Source: Amoebophrya sp. A120
Lineage: Eukaryota > Protista > Dinoflagellata
NCBI GenBank assembly: GCA_905178155.1
Contig: CAJINV010000018.1
Location: 1,338,190-1,402,189, forward strand
Direction: 5' to 3'
DNA length: 64,000 bases
This document shows, piece by piece, positions 1-11,761 of the stretch. The translations under genes were made by a program, and so were the position numbers. The notes beneath the pieces were generated by a model, which was not told where the DNA came from, ran no database searches, and saw only the letters and a list, made by a program, of their open reading frames with translations. Positions within the stretch are counted from its first letter, which is position 1; each line of letters opens with the position of its first letter.

Positions 1-130
1 TGAAAAATGCCCTCCCCGCGTAGCACAAGCTGGGCTCCTCTTGCTGGTCATGCAATACAGATTTGTTTACAGTCCAACGGTAGCATCACAAGTTCCAACC
101 TTCCAGACCTAGACATGTTTGCAATGCATA
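1..130. mobile_element. Introner family A, right part (truncated by window start)
   Basis: Ends with family A TIR cttccagacctagacatgtttgcaatgcata; interior matches the copy at 15735-15997. Confidence 0.9.
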
Positions 131-375
131 TTTGGAAGGCACCGGGGATGCGGGACAAGCTTGCGCCGCTCGTCGAGCGACATCGAAAGTGGCGCGAAAG
201 AAGAACGACCCGGAATGAAGATACGAATTTGTTGTGCGGGAGAGGGAAGGATGAAATTCGCCGTGCGAGGACTGCAAGCCGTGGAGGGGGAGCAGATGCG
301 GAGGAGATCGAAATTAGTGTCGAAGTTGCATCACTTGCGGTTTCGTCTTCTTCAAATGGGGCGCTTATTTCCTGA
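131..375 (+). CDS. Probable last exon of an upstream hypothetical gene
   Basis: Open frame right after the introner (WKAPGMRDKLAPLVERHRKW...); frame cannot be verified without the upstream exon. Confidence 0.35.
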
Positions 376-1283
376 ATGTGAACAACAGTACTGCTACCGG
401 TCGAAAAAAGAAGCGCCTTTCGTGAGGAGATGAGACACCAGCTGGAGTTCCATCCATCGCTTGGACAGATTTTGTTCCTAGGAGGAGTTGGAGGAGGTGT
501 CACTCATTTTTGGCAATAAGAAAGTAGTAGTTTGGAAAGTTCGGTATCGGTATAAAATTTTGCTTACGTTGCTGTGAATATTTGTTCCGAGTAGTACTTT
601 TTTAGCTATTATAACAGATAAAAATAGATGAAATTTTCGTGTTTCGATCTTGCGTGCAGCTTCATTGTTGTTTGGGTTAGAAGAAGCATCTCTACGATTG
701 GATCCACGGCTCAACAAGATTATCTTGTCTGCAGATTTTTTTGCAAGATTTGGTTTGGATATAGAAGCGGACAAGTAGAAGAGCCTCAAATGAACTGAAG
801 TTTCCTCAAGTACTTGCTAAAGATGGTTAAGCAGCATCACCATGCAGCGCGGTACGCTGCTGAAAATAAATCATCCGTTGCGCAAGGAGAAAACCCTCTT
901 ACATAAGCATAAGGATAAATCAGAGCAAGCAATAAAACATGGAGTCCACCTCTCGGAGGGAAATCCTCCTTCTTGTTTTGTTCGACTTTCTCCCCTCTTG
1001 CTGAATCCGAAGGCAGTACTCTTCCTTGCAGTTGCAACTACAAAGAGAGAGAGAGGAGTAGCAGTAAGAGAAAACATTCCTGAGCAGGTTCTTCCGGAGA
1101 GTTTTTCTTTGCTTTTTATTTGGAGCGCCAATTTCGGAAATGCAACAAACTCACACCAGGATCATGCGTCGAGTTGCGTCCTGAAGTTTTCGAGGAATGC
1201 AGTTGTCAGTGCAAGCGTGAAAATATTTCGACTCGCGATTCCATGTCTACAGCTGCGATCAAAGCACCTACGACGAGGTGAAG

Positions 1284-4200
1284 ATGACGACGAATCCGGT
1301 TACTTCGCAGCACCTGGTTGCGGTGATTCCGCAGCCATGCACGAACCACGGCCCCATGATGGACAGTTTCCAGTTCGGGAAGCTGATCAAGCGGGCGAGG
1401 TTGCACATGCCGCAAAAGGAAAACGAGTACTTCGACAAAATTTACCGCCTGGGCGACTACACGGCGATCTCGGGGTGCGGGCTTGGGGGGTACTTGATGT
1501 TTAAATTCACGCAGAAATACCGAATTCGCCAGTACCGGACAAGTTTGATCGCGGCCTCCATGTTATCAAATGCAAAAATGTCTGGGTCTGGGAGATTCCG
1601 CGATTTGTCATGTAGTTTTTCCAAGCTCCCCCACGTCTGGAATGCAGGGCCTAGCGTCACAGGTTCTGCAGCTCCTTGCTGATGCGTATTCTGCATGAGA
1701 AATGCCCTCTCAGCATGCCCAGAAGTGGGCACCTTTTGCACGTTATGCATCACAGATCTTTGTAGGATCCGAAACACGCATCACAAGTTCGGATCCTTCC
1801 AGACATCCAGGGATTTTTGCATTTGATGCATGTACGTGGGGTACAAAACGACGCTGAAAGCTTATATCAAATGCAAATATGTCTGGGTCTGGAAGGATGA
1901 TGCAACTTGTGATGCTACCTTTGGACTCTATATAAAATCTGTATTGCATGAACAGCAAAAGAGGTGTATTTTGTGCTACGCGGAGAGGGCATTTCTCACG
2001 CGGTATGAGCATCAGAGAGCCCTCGCAAAATCTCTGATGCTCGGGCATGCACCACAGACGTCATGGGTCATGCAAAATCTGCATGAAAAACTCCTGCATT
2101 CTTCCAGACCCAGACATATTTGCGATGCATAGTTTATCCGAGCGCACAACTTGCTTGTTACTTATTTCCCCTTACTTAGCATCGCTCAGTGGCACGATAG
2201 TTATGTTGATTTCCGCATGTAGTTGTAGTTGGCATGTCTGCGCCGCGTCGTGGAGGGTATGTACAAGGGCTGCGTCGCGTCCCGAATGTTTTCATAATGT
2301 AAAGAGTGCTAAAGGGTATTGAAAAGCAAGGACAATAAAAGACCGAGTCGTGTACTTTGTAGCATTGTTATAAACGGACGAGGGGGCTTAAGTATAAAAA
2401 AGTTCTGCACTGTCATAAAGCCTACTATCAAATGTAAAAATGTCTGGGTCTGGAAGAATACAAGATTTGTGATGCAGGTTTTCCATGACCCATGAGGTCT
2501 GGAATGCGAGACCCAGCATGACAGATTCTTTCCAGGCTCTATCATGCCTTTCCTGCATGGGAAACTCCCTCTCAACTTGGTCAAAAGGGGACAGCTTTTG
2601 GCACTCATGCAACACAGATTTCTGCATGATTCGGATTTAGCATGACAAGTTGCATTCTTCCAGACCCAGACATTTTTACATTTGATACCTACGAGAGTTT
2701 TACGAAACCGATCCGGGATAAGTACCGCGTACGCCTCGAAAAGGTGGTGCAAACACTTTACTCCAAGGAATTTGAAAAATTCCGTCGACACGAGCGGAAG
2801 CCGCTGCTGGACCAGCGGGCGCTGCAGCACCAGGATCTGAAGTATTGCAAGGAAAAATCCCCCCTTCCGAATCCGATATTGCTCAACTTGTGATGCAGAT
2901 TGGTGACCGCAAATCCTGTCCGTCTTGCAAGAAGGCGCGCGCAGGCTTTCCGCCTCGTTATGCAGGCGATTTGTAATGCTGTAAGGCCTACAGGATAGCC
3001 GTCTACCATGCTAGGCGCCTACACCAAAAGGCCCCCGCCTAGGCTTAAGATCTGCGCGCATTCCTCTACTGCAACACAAATTAGATTTGTGCATCTAAAT
3101 CCAGCATCAGAGGTTTCGTTTTGATATGCGGAGGGGGGATTTATTTTCTTCTTGATATGAAGAATCGGCTGCTGAGTGGCGGCAGTAGTGGTAGTTCCTC
3201 GTCGTTGCTTGGCGGGGATACTGCCGCTGGCTCCAACGCTTTCGGGGGTCTACTGCTTGGGGTAACGACCGTATGCAAGAAAAGAGCTGTGTAAGTGTAA
3301 ATTTGTGCTGCAGAACATGCAACAGAGTTACACCTGTCATGCCAGACAGCCATGAAGTCCTCTTTTCATGTGTGTTTTCCCTTACAAGCCACGCATGACA
3401 TGTAGAGCAAATTTGTGATGCTGTTTCTCAAAGAAAGTTACACTTACACACTTTTTTTCCTTGATAGACCGGCGCCGCGGGCCTCACGGGGTTGTTGCTC
3501 GAGTCAACGTCGAGTAGCTGTACGACGACCGGCGAAGGAGCTACGTTTGATGTTGCAAGGGGCAGCAGTAGAAGTAGAAGTACAGAGCCGCTACTGCTGT
3601 CAGAACCCGACAGTGGATCATCATCTTCAGGTTCGCTTCCTGCTTTAGACACTTCTGCTACAACTGAGCTTTCCGACGCAAAAACAACGAAAAATGGCGA
3701 TTTTTTCGTGCCCGCAACGGAGAGCAACATTTCTAAAGCCGCCGCGAGCTCGTCCGGCACCGTTTCGCCGCTAGCAGCCGTAGTTCCGGAAAGCCGCGCG
3801 GCGCCGCTCGCCACTAACGCACACCAGACCGCTCCGCTCCTGTGTGATCCGCGAGCAATCCGGGTACTTCGCTACGAACCCAGCATATCCCAGAGAAAAA
3901 AGCTAGCAGGGCATATCTGTAATGCAAAAATAAATACACGGAAAAATCTGTCATGGGCGGACCCATAGGATGCTGTTTGGCGTATGCAATGCAGATTTTT
4001 TTGTGTATTCCTTTTTGCATCACAAATATGACCTGCCTGCTTCTTTCTGCGTGATGCAGCAACTCCGTGGCGAGCAGCTGCGGGCAGAGTGTGTTCCTCC
4101 CCTGTCTCGGAGTGTCGCAGAAGGGAGTTATCGTGAGTAAAAACGTCCCCACACCAGAGTCAAGATGGGGACTTTGCAACACAAACCTAGGAGTTTTGGG

Positions 4201-4596
4201 AGTCACGCATGACAAGTTTCAGTCCGTAAGGTAGTGCAAGTTAGCAAGGAAAGCCGCATCACAAATCGACCTGCTGATCCTGTTCACAGCATCACAAATT
4301 CCAAAACACGACTGGAAATGGGTCTCATGGGGATGCGCATCACAAATGTCTTTGTCATTGCAAATCTGCATTACAACTCTGGGGTGGGTACGTTTTTACT
4401 TAGGATAGGAGTTGTATCAGCATCATCCTCAACACCTGTAACGAGGGATGGGGCAGCTGCATCCTCTACATCAGGCGCTACTAGTACGACTACTACGACA
4501 CCACCAACGTTGTACGTGCGCTCCACGGGATTTCTGTTTCACCCGCACCAGACACGGAATTTTGTAAAGGTTGTAGGCAAGATGAAAAAAGTGTAG
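1284..4596 (+). CDS. Hypothetical protein with N-terminal hydrophobic segments, interrupted by 8 introners (one nested)
   Basis: Removing each element plus one 5-bp repeat gives one frame: ...IAASM|YVGYKTTLKA|YESFTKPIRDKY...QDLK|NRLLSGG...GVTT|GAAGL...RYEPS|NSVASS...QKG|VVSASS...KMKKV*. Confidence 0.8.
1564..1828. mobile_element. Introner family A
   Basis: tatcaaatgcaaaaatgtctggg...gatttttgcatttgatg; DR catgt/catgt. Confidence 0.9.
1865..2131. mobile_element. Introner family A, nested in the left end of a family G-like element
   Basis: Family A TIRs; DR gctta/gttta; opposite orientation to the 1564 copy. Confidence 0.85.
2135..2417. mobile_element. Introner family G-like (degenerate)
   Basis: tatccgagcgcacaactt...aagttctgcactgtcata; outer DR aagct(1858-1862)/aagcc. 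Confidence 0.7.
2426..2687. mobile_element. Introner family A
   Basis: Family A TIRs; DR cctac/cctac. Confidence 0.9.
2843..3157. mobile_element. Introner family B
   Basis: tattgcaaggaaaaatccccc...gggggatttattttcttcttgata; DR tgaag. Confidence 0.9.
3272..3466. mobile_element. Introner family F-like
   Basis: tatgcaagaaaagagctgtgtaagtgtaa...ttacacttacacactttttttccttgata; DR gaccg. Confidence 0.9.
3886..4056. mobile_element. Introner family E
   Basis: tatcccagagaaaaaagctagcagg...cctgcttctttctgcgtgatg; DR cagca. Confidence 0.9.
4129..4407. mobile_element. Introner family C
   Basis: tatcgtgagtaaaaacgtcccc...gggtacgtttttacttaggata; DR ggagt. Confidence 0.9.
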
Positions 4597-4982
4597 TCTT
4601 ACGTGTGACTTTGACTTTCTTGGACAAGACAACATCGCTTCGCAAATCCTTCCATGGCAAGTGTGACGGTGATGTTGCATGATCTGCACTGCGAAGTTGC
4701 ACGTAAAAACTACAGGTTTTTTTTATTCGGATTGTTTGCGGAGCAGGATCAGAAGAAACAGTTGAAACTGGTATTGCTTCGTTTACACTTGTCTACATTT
4801 TTTTCATGACTAGAACTCTTCTCGAGTAGTGCAGCGCGTTGTGGCAAAAAATGACAGCACTTGGATCGTAAATCATGACGTGCACCACGACCGAAGGTCA
4901 GTCAGAAACAGCAAATTTTTTACGTACATCGAGTGTATGAAAAAAGAAATGCTAAACATCTTCGAAAAACGACACTCTCCAG

Positions 4983-7206
4983 ATCCCCGAAGTCGATCTC
5001 CATCCTGTAGTCAGCTGGGGAATCTCGGCCGCTCTTTTCGACGCCTGGCACGTGGGCGGAACAGTTTTGTCGCCGAGTTATTTTTCTTCTTCCCGCGGTG
5101 ATACCGACACGGTAGACGTAGATGGGAGTCGAAGTGGGAAAAAAATCACCGGTCGTGGTCGTCGAGAAGTAGATTTTGGGAGCTGCGATGGTACTACTAG
5201 TACGACAAAATCAAATGCAACTCCAGCGGTGGCAGCCAATGCTGCAACAACTCCTGCAACTCCTGTTGGGCTCCTGCGGGAAAGGAGCGATGAAGTGACA
5301 AGACTGGCGAGGTTATCCTACGTTCTTGCAGTGCCAGTGGGGACGGTTTCGGAGCAGGCGAAATTTTCGGGGGTGGAGTCGCGAGTGGACGGTATTGACC
5401 TCCTGAACTGCCAGGTGTTCGCCTACGAGGAGAAAAAGTCGTTTTGGTACTGTGGTGTTCGTGTTGTTTGCTGTTTCACATCATGATTATCTATCAGTAT
5501 CATGCCGCATATTTGCTATAAGTGAACCTGCAGCCGCTCTTGGTTCTGGTTCCTCGTTCTATCATGTAGTACTAACTGACGAGAAGAACAATCAAAGTAA
5601 GACAACCAGTAGAAGTTCTTGTACCTACCTGGATAATATCTTCCCACGATTCATCAGGGGCCAGTCCTGCCTGCGACTTCCCGAAAGAGTCGGTGTGAGC
5701 TACTATTTGGTGGACCCCAAGCCCGACTTTCCACAGCGGATTCCGAGCGAGTGTTTACGACTTGACATTACGGCGCAGCAAGAAGCTGCTGGTCTCTCAC
5801 CCTCGACTGGTGTGGCAGACGCGAAAACGGAATTTTGGCTGAGGAAAAAGGAACATCAAGGGTCTACTACTTCCCATCATCTTTTGTACGCGGCAGGCCG
5901 CAGCGGTGCCCGTGATTCAACGTCAGTTCTCGTCGACAGTTTGGCTGTGACGCCTTTTCTGGAAGAGGTGCGGTTTGGCGAAACCGACACTGGTGATGCA
6001 AAAATGACGAATGAATACGCAGCAGCTTCTTCCACCGCAGCTCCTGTTGCCTTCACCGCGTCGGTTCAAAGCGAACTCCTTCGCGTCTACAAGGAGCGGG
6101 CGGCGGAAGCGAGCTCTATAGCAGCGGTTGGTGCGAGTCGTTCTTGTGGATCCGGTCAAGAAGAAGCTGCCTCTAGTAGGAGTACCTCCGGAGGACCACA
6201 TGCTGGACGAGAAGATTTGGAAGTTTCAGGAGAGCTGATGTTCTGTCAACCCCTCCCGATTTGGCGAACTTCCCCCTACGACCGGACCACGTTTATGAAC
6301 CGGAAATTTCGCAATTGCGACTACAATTTTTACGACCGCGTGCGGGTGCGGGAAAATTACGGGGATAGTGTGGAAGTTGCAGCTTTGATGTTGCTGGAAC
6401 AAGAACTGCTACCCTCGGAGAGAAAAGATCCCATGCACGAAGCGAAGCAGCTGGCGTGCGCGCGGACGAGGTCCGTGCTGGGGGAAAGAACTTGTGGCAT
6501 TATGACAACGCTGTCGACCACGCGACCAGAAACTGCGTCTGCTTCTTCGCAAACTGGACCGAATGGGATTTACAGCAGGGAGGGAATGGCGACAAGTGGA
6601 GATCACGATGAAAGTCATGTGAACTCTTCCCTGGTTTCTTCCGCTTTGCAAGCGGTAGAGAAGAACAGCAAGAGCAACAGCGGGGTTTTAGAAGAAGTAA
6701 CCTCCAGAACAACTTCCACTACTGCTACGTCGAGGGTAAATATTGAAGACGAGGACGGGCGGGGCAATCTATTTCCCGCCAGTGAACAATCCTCGTCCTC
6801 GGCAACACTGACAGTGGTGCCCCGCCGTCGGCGGCCGTTTGACTCTCTGGATAAGGAGAGACACCAAGCTTCTGCCCCGAACCACCAGTACGTGAAGGGC
6901 TTTGGCGGGTTGCCCTTTCCCTCGGAGCAGAGCAAAAAAACCGGCCAGAAGGGGGCGAAGACGCCATGCCACACCAGGACTACATCAACCAGCGAACAAG
7001 AAGATGAAAAGTCAGCGGCGCAGCTTGCGCTGCTGGCCTCCAGCGTGCGCAACCACGGTGGGGTCGGGGACATTTTGTGGTTGAAGCAGAAGGGCTTGCT
7101 GCTTCATCAGGAGTCGGTGGACCCGCGGGATACGCTGGAGGTCCTGGGGGTCGTGATTCAGGAACAGATGGAAGCGGAAAAGAGGAAGAGAAGGGGAGGT
7201 TCGTGA
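4983..7206 (+). CDS. Hypothetical S/T-rich protein (5' end and short intron near 5450-5520 uncertain)
   Basis: Open frame from acceptor ctccag (4982) through the 5052 ORF, overlapping a 584-aa ORF; no recognised domain. Confidence 0.55.
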
Positions 7207-7977
7207 AGAAAGTTTGCTTGTTTTTGGCAAAACCTTTATTCTTTTGAGATAGAAAGTAAAAGATTGACGAAGTTGTACCAAAATTGTTCATCGTGGGGTA
7301 GAGGAAAAAAACATGGAGCTCCGTTGCAAATCGTGTGTCCCGCAGTAAGTACTCACTTCAATGATCGTTTTAGACACGACCCGAGGCCGTTGTTCACGTC
7401 CCTGTCGCTTCTTTCTTCTGTCAGTTTTCGTTTTCAAGTCCGGCACTGGCTGCGTTCGAGATCTGATGATAATTTGTCGCTTTTTTTTGGTTTATTGCGT
7501 AAAACTTGGGCTGCTTCTAGTTCTAAATGGACCACTGACTACATGTTGAACTAATAAAGAGGTCGCTCTTTATTCTGATCATGCTGTGATGCTGGTGTTT
7601 CTGTTTTCTCACGGCAGTGTTTCTAGTTCTTCTTTAGACAGCCACTAATTTTCGTGCGAAGTGGCCGAAGATCAAGCACGGCACCGAGACGATCTTACGG
7701 ATCACTACAACTTGAGTTTTATGGTTATGTTCGTTTAAGCCAACGAACACCGTGAGGCACCAGAAAGAGCCAGTTCAGGCGCGTAAGCAAGACTAGTTGC
7801 GGCCGTGTGACTGCATTGACACGGAACATAATGGCGCAAAAAGGATTTTGTGTCCTCCTCGTATTTGAAGAGAGATCCAAATCTCCCTCTCACGGCCCGA
7901 CTCCCTCTTCTCCGTCCCGTCGCAGAAGTCAATCCTGCACCAGAAGACGAGCAACCACAGAAGAGCAAAGCAAAAGG

Positions 7978-9082
7978 TAAAACAAGGAATCAAGTTGAGG
8001 TCATGGAATCAAGTTAACTGGAATCAAGTTAAACCTGGAATCAGGTTATATGGAATCAAGTATAAACCTGGAATCAAGTTATATGGAATCAAGTTACTAC
8101 CTGGAATCAAGTTGAATGGAATCAAGTAAACCCCCTCATCCCCATCAATCCTTCGCCTCGCAATGCCTCACCTTGGGAGAATCTATCTACTGCTCTTTTT
8201 GTCGTGTTTTGTGACTGCCATACCCTCGCGCCTAAACTGAAGTTCTCCGCTATTTTTTTCCAAACGCGGCCACGTTTATCAAAGGTGTCTGTCTGGCTTT
8301 TCTTCCTCTGGTCGATAGAGGCGTGGCGAATAATGTTAGCGCTAAGCTTCGCGCGCCCGTCTTGCTTTGCGGCTCTCTGTCGAAAGTTGTCGGGGCTTTC
8401 GCCTGCTCGGAGTTCCAGGACCGTCCCTCTCGGAGTTCCAGGCCCTTTTCGCCTCCTCTCGGGAGACCCATTGCTCTCGGGATTCCGTTTCCATTTCGCC
8501 TTCCTGGGGATGGTGTCGGTCTCGGGGGATTCCGTTTCGCCTTCCTGCGGAGGGTGTCTCAGGGGACTCCCTTTCGCCCTCCTGTGGAAGGTGTCTCGGG
8601 GGCCTCCATTTCGCCTCCCTTGCCCTTCGGCAGGTCTCTCCGGGGATTCTATTTCGCCCCCTTCGGAAGGTATCTTTGGGGATTGGCAGGGATCTCATCT
8701 CTGGGAGTTCCATCTTGTCTTCCCGGTGTCCGGGGTTTGCGCCTGCAGCACTTCTAAGGGGCCGAGGCTTTGCCTCAGTCAGGTGTTTGGCATTTGCCAA
8801 CCTTGGCCCCTTCGCCTTGGGGAGATCCGGGGCGTTTACCTTCGGAAGCGCCGAAGCCTTCACCTTCGGAGGCTCGCTCCGAAGCTTCTTTGGCTTCGGC
8901 AGCCCCAGATGTCTCGCCTTCGGAAGCTCTGGCGGGTCTCTCGCCGGCGGAAGGTCCGCAGCTTGGTTGCCTCTCGAGGGCGTCTGAGTTGTTTATTTCC
9001 TGGCTGGCGCGAAGCTTTCGTCATCGACTCCAGATTGATGAATGGCCCGAGCTTATTTACACCTCCTGTGCGAGCTTATTTA
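7978..9082. mobile_element. Putative 1.1-kb retroposed insertion
   Basis: Flanked by a direct repeat caatcctgcaccagaagacgagc (7930-7952 and 9083-9105, extending imperfectly to about 50 bp); minisatellite at one end, 13-bp junction duplication at the other. Confidence 0.5.
7987..8127. repeat. Minisatellite of about 9 imperfect GGAATCAAGT(T) units with 15-19-bp period
   Basis: Read directly: ggaatcaagtt gaggtcat ggaatcaagtt aact ggaatcaagtt aaacct ... Confidence 0.9.
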
Positions 9083-9289
9083 CAATCCTGCACCAGAAGA
9101 CGAGCGACCACGACAGGAGAGCAAATAAACAAAAGCCTTTTACACGACCCCGCCGCGGCTCAACAGAGTAGACCACGCAGGGATCATGCGGTATTATTAA
9201 ATGAGGCTCCGTACTATGCTGTTGCTCCCCCAGGACGCAATGACGAAGTAGAGGATCTTCCTCGATTTGTACTAGAAAGAGCCCGCGGA

Positions 9290-10707
9290 ATGCGCGGCCG
9301 AGCAGAAGCAGCAGCAGTAGCCGTACCACAGGAGAGAAAATCAAGACCCAGACGACGCGTGCCAGGAGTGCGGAAGACAGGGTTCTTCACCACTGCCGCG
9401 GCCGTTGCGGTTTCATGTAGCCGGTTTCACGATCTACTTCATTTCACAGTGGGAAGTTCGGCTGCCGCTTCGGCCGCCGCACAGGAAAGTGGAGCAGTTG
9501 GTGGTAGTACCTCTTCATCTGGAGCAAGTACTTCTACGACCTCCTCCTCCGAACAGGGAACCTCAACATCTTCCAACACCCGCCACCTGTCCGCTGCGGA
9601 GCGGCTCGAGGAAGAGATGGAACAGTACGAGCCGATCAAGGGCCCGCGGATGCAGACCGGTAATGGAGGGTACTACCGGAACCAATTTTGGGACATGAGT
9701 CTTGTGGGTTTCTCCCCGCAGACGCTGCTTTCTTTCTACCTCGAGTCGGGTTCCGAGCAGCATTTTTTTCACGACGTGGAGAAAGCGCCGGAGGTCTTCC
9801 GCGGCGGCTATTTCCTGATGGATGAGTCCTACCGGGGGTCGGATAGCGACGACAACACTGATTTCCACATTTTGGACCCCGACGGGGAGCTGGTCTACAC
9901 CCAATCATACGGGGAGGATGGAATGTTCGAAGCGACGGCGAAGAAGCCGGGGACCTACACCATGGTGATGCCCAACAATTCGAATCAGAAAGCCATGGTA
10001 AACTTCTTCTTTCAGTCCGGGCAGCGGAACAACGTACACGAAGACTATCACGAAGTAACCACACTGGAGGAATCGGTCATGAGCATAAAACGGAAACTGC
10101 AGGACATACAAACGGAAGGAACGTACCTATCAATTTGCCGCTATCTCCAGTACTTGTGAACCCGATTTTTATTTCGTCATTTATTAAAGAATAACAACTA
10201 ACTACACGACTCCGGCATACAAGCGCAAACTACAGATGATGTAAATGACTGTTGTATGGTGCGAAGATGTTGCGCATCAAAAAGCCTCCGGAACTACAGG
10301 TACCTGTGGATGCGGCAGAAGGCGCATTTGCACTCGATTGAATCCGTGAACAATCGGGCTCTGTGGTTCTGCATCGTCGAGCTGCTGACGCTACTGGCGC
10401 TCGTTGTATCGCAAGAAAAAAGTGTTACAGTTACACATTGTGTTGCAGGCCAAGCAAGACAGACAAGCTCTGTCATGCCGGATATGCATAGGAACCCCGT
10501 TTCATAGGCGTTTTCCCGTAGGATTTCTGCATTACAAGTTTTCTCTCTCATGCAGAGAAATTTGTGTTGCTGAATTGACTACAAATGTGTAACTGTAACA
10601 CTTTTTTCGTGGGATATGTTGTCTTCCAAGTGTACTACGTGAAAAACTTGATCACGGAGAAAGCAGCGTCGCGAGCGGGCTCGAAAATGCATCCCGGGAG
10701 ATACTGA
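9290..10707 (+). CDS. p24/emp24/gp25L (TMED) GOLD-domain cargo receptor
   Basis: GOLD-like DFHILDPDGELVY...GTYTMVMPN, coiled coil YLWMRQKAHLHSIESVNNRALWFCIVE, TM helix then FQVYYVKNL; GT-AG intron 10123-10299 and introner 10407-10616. Confidence 0.9.
10407..10616. mobile_element. Introner family F
   Basis: tatcgcaagaaaaaagtgttacagttacac...gtgtaactgtaacacttttttcgtgggata; DR cgttg/tgttg. Confidence 0.9.
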
Positions 10708-11761
10708 AGACGATGTTCTTGTTGCGCATACGTCGTACTGAAGATTGTGTGCGATTTATGAATGTGCATGAGGAGTGGAGCAAAGCTTAATAGGTATGTT
10801 GAGATGGAATTTGGACGGAATCGGTCGCATTACAGTGCCTCTTTATTTCATCGCCATCTGATCTCTACTGTAGCAAAAGCAACGAACTTGTGCGAAAGAG
10901 TCTGTCAGTAAGAAAAAAATCTGTACCTCGCGCCGGTACTGCAACCGCTGTGGTACCCCTCCAGGTTCGTGTCAGATGATGAAGACTCGAGCACGCTGAT
11001 GGCCTGCCGGACCTTCCCTCGCAGGCGGTTCCTCTCCGCATGATCCAAAGTGTTCAACACCTCTGCGCTTGATTAGTAGTAGCGAACAAAATTTTTAAGT
11101 GTCTACTTAGTTATTTGAAAATCATCACAAATTTTGAGATGGTTGAGAACAGCGGTAGATAGAAGTACGTCCGCCCGACAAGCAAAGTACTTTCATCCTA
11201 CTTGACGCAGAGTCAAGATTTGCCTTTTTCAGTGAGCTGCAAGAGGAACAATGATGATCGGTGTCGGTGAAGCTGAAACAGCTGACGCAGCAAGACTACA
11301 TGTGCTGAATTATCGCGGAAGTGGATTTGTTTTTTTTTGAAAAAAGAATCACTATCACACTCACAGTACAGACGCGGTGGAGGGACGTCTAAGATGAATG
11401 GCAGTACCAATAGGAGTGCGTCTTCACTTCAGTATGACAGTGGTGCTATGTATAATTTGCAAATATCACTAAACTATGGAGACTGATTGTTCCGATGTAT
11501 ATCACGCTTCTACCGTACGACCTTCAGGAACCATGTTGACCCCTTTTGTAAGTCACCTACCCCCGATCACTATCCTCGTGTGAACTTCTGAGTCATGGCG
11601 TTTACAGCAAAACGATCTCCGACTTTTGATTTTCAGTCATGCATAAGACAGAAATGAAAATCTCAATCTGTTTCTTCTCCTGCCCTTGTGGCCGTGTGGA
11701 AAAAAGCAAGGGCGGCCATGGTGCTAAGTGCAGCACAAGGATGTGAACGTAAAGATATGCA

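Noticed and set aside
7987-8127. CRISPR-like array
   Set aside because: Repeats are about 11 bp with 4-8-bp spacers, there are no cas genes, and the context is eukaryotic; it is a minisatellite
8204-9289. Long N-terminal extension of the p24 ORF
   Set aside because: Runs through a GC-rich inserted repeat, has a GTG start and a non-protein-like composition
10974-11006. Box C/D snoRNA (atgatga...ctga)
   Set aside because: Boxes are too close, and there is no terminal stem or recognisable guide
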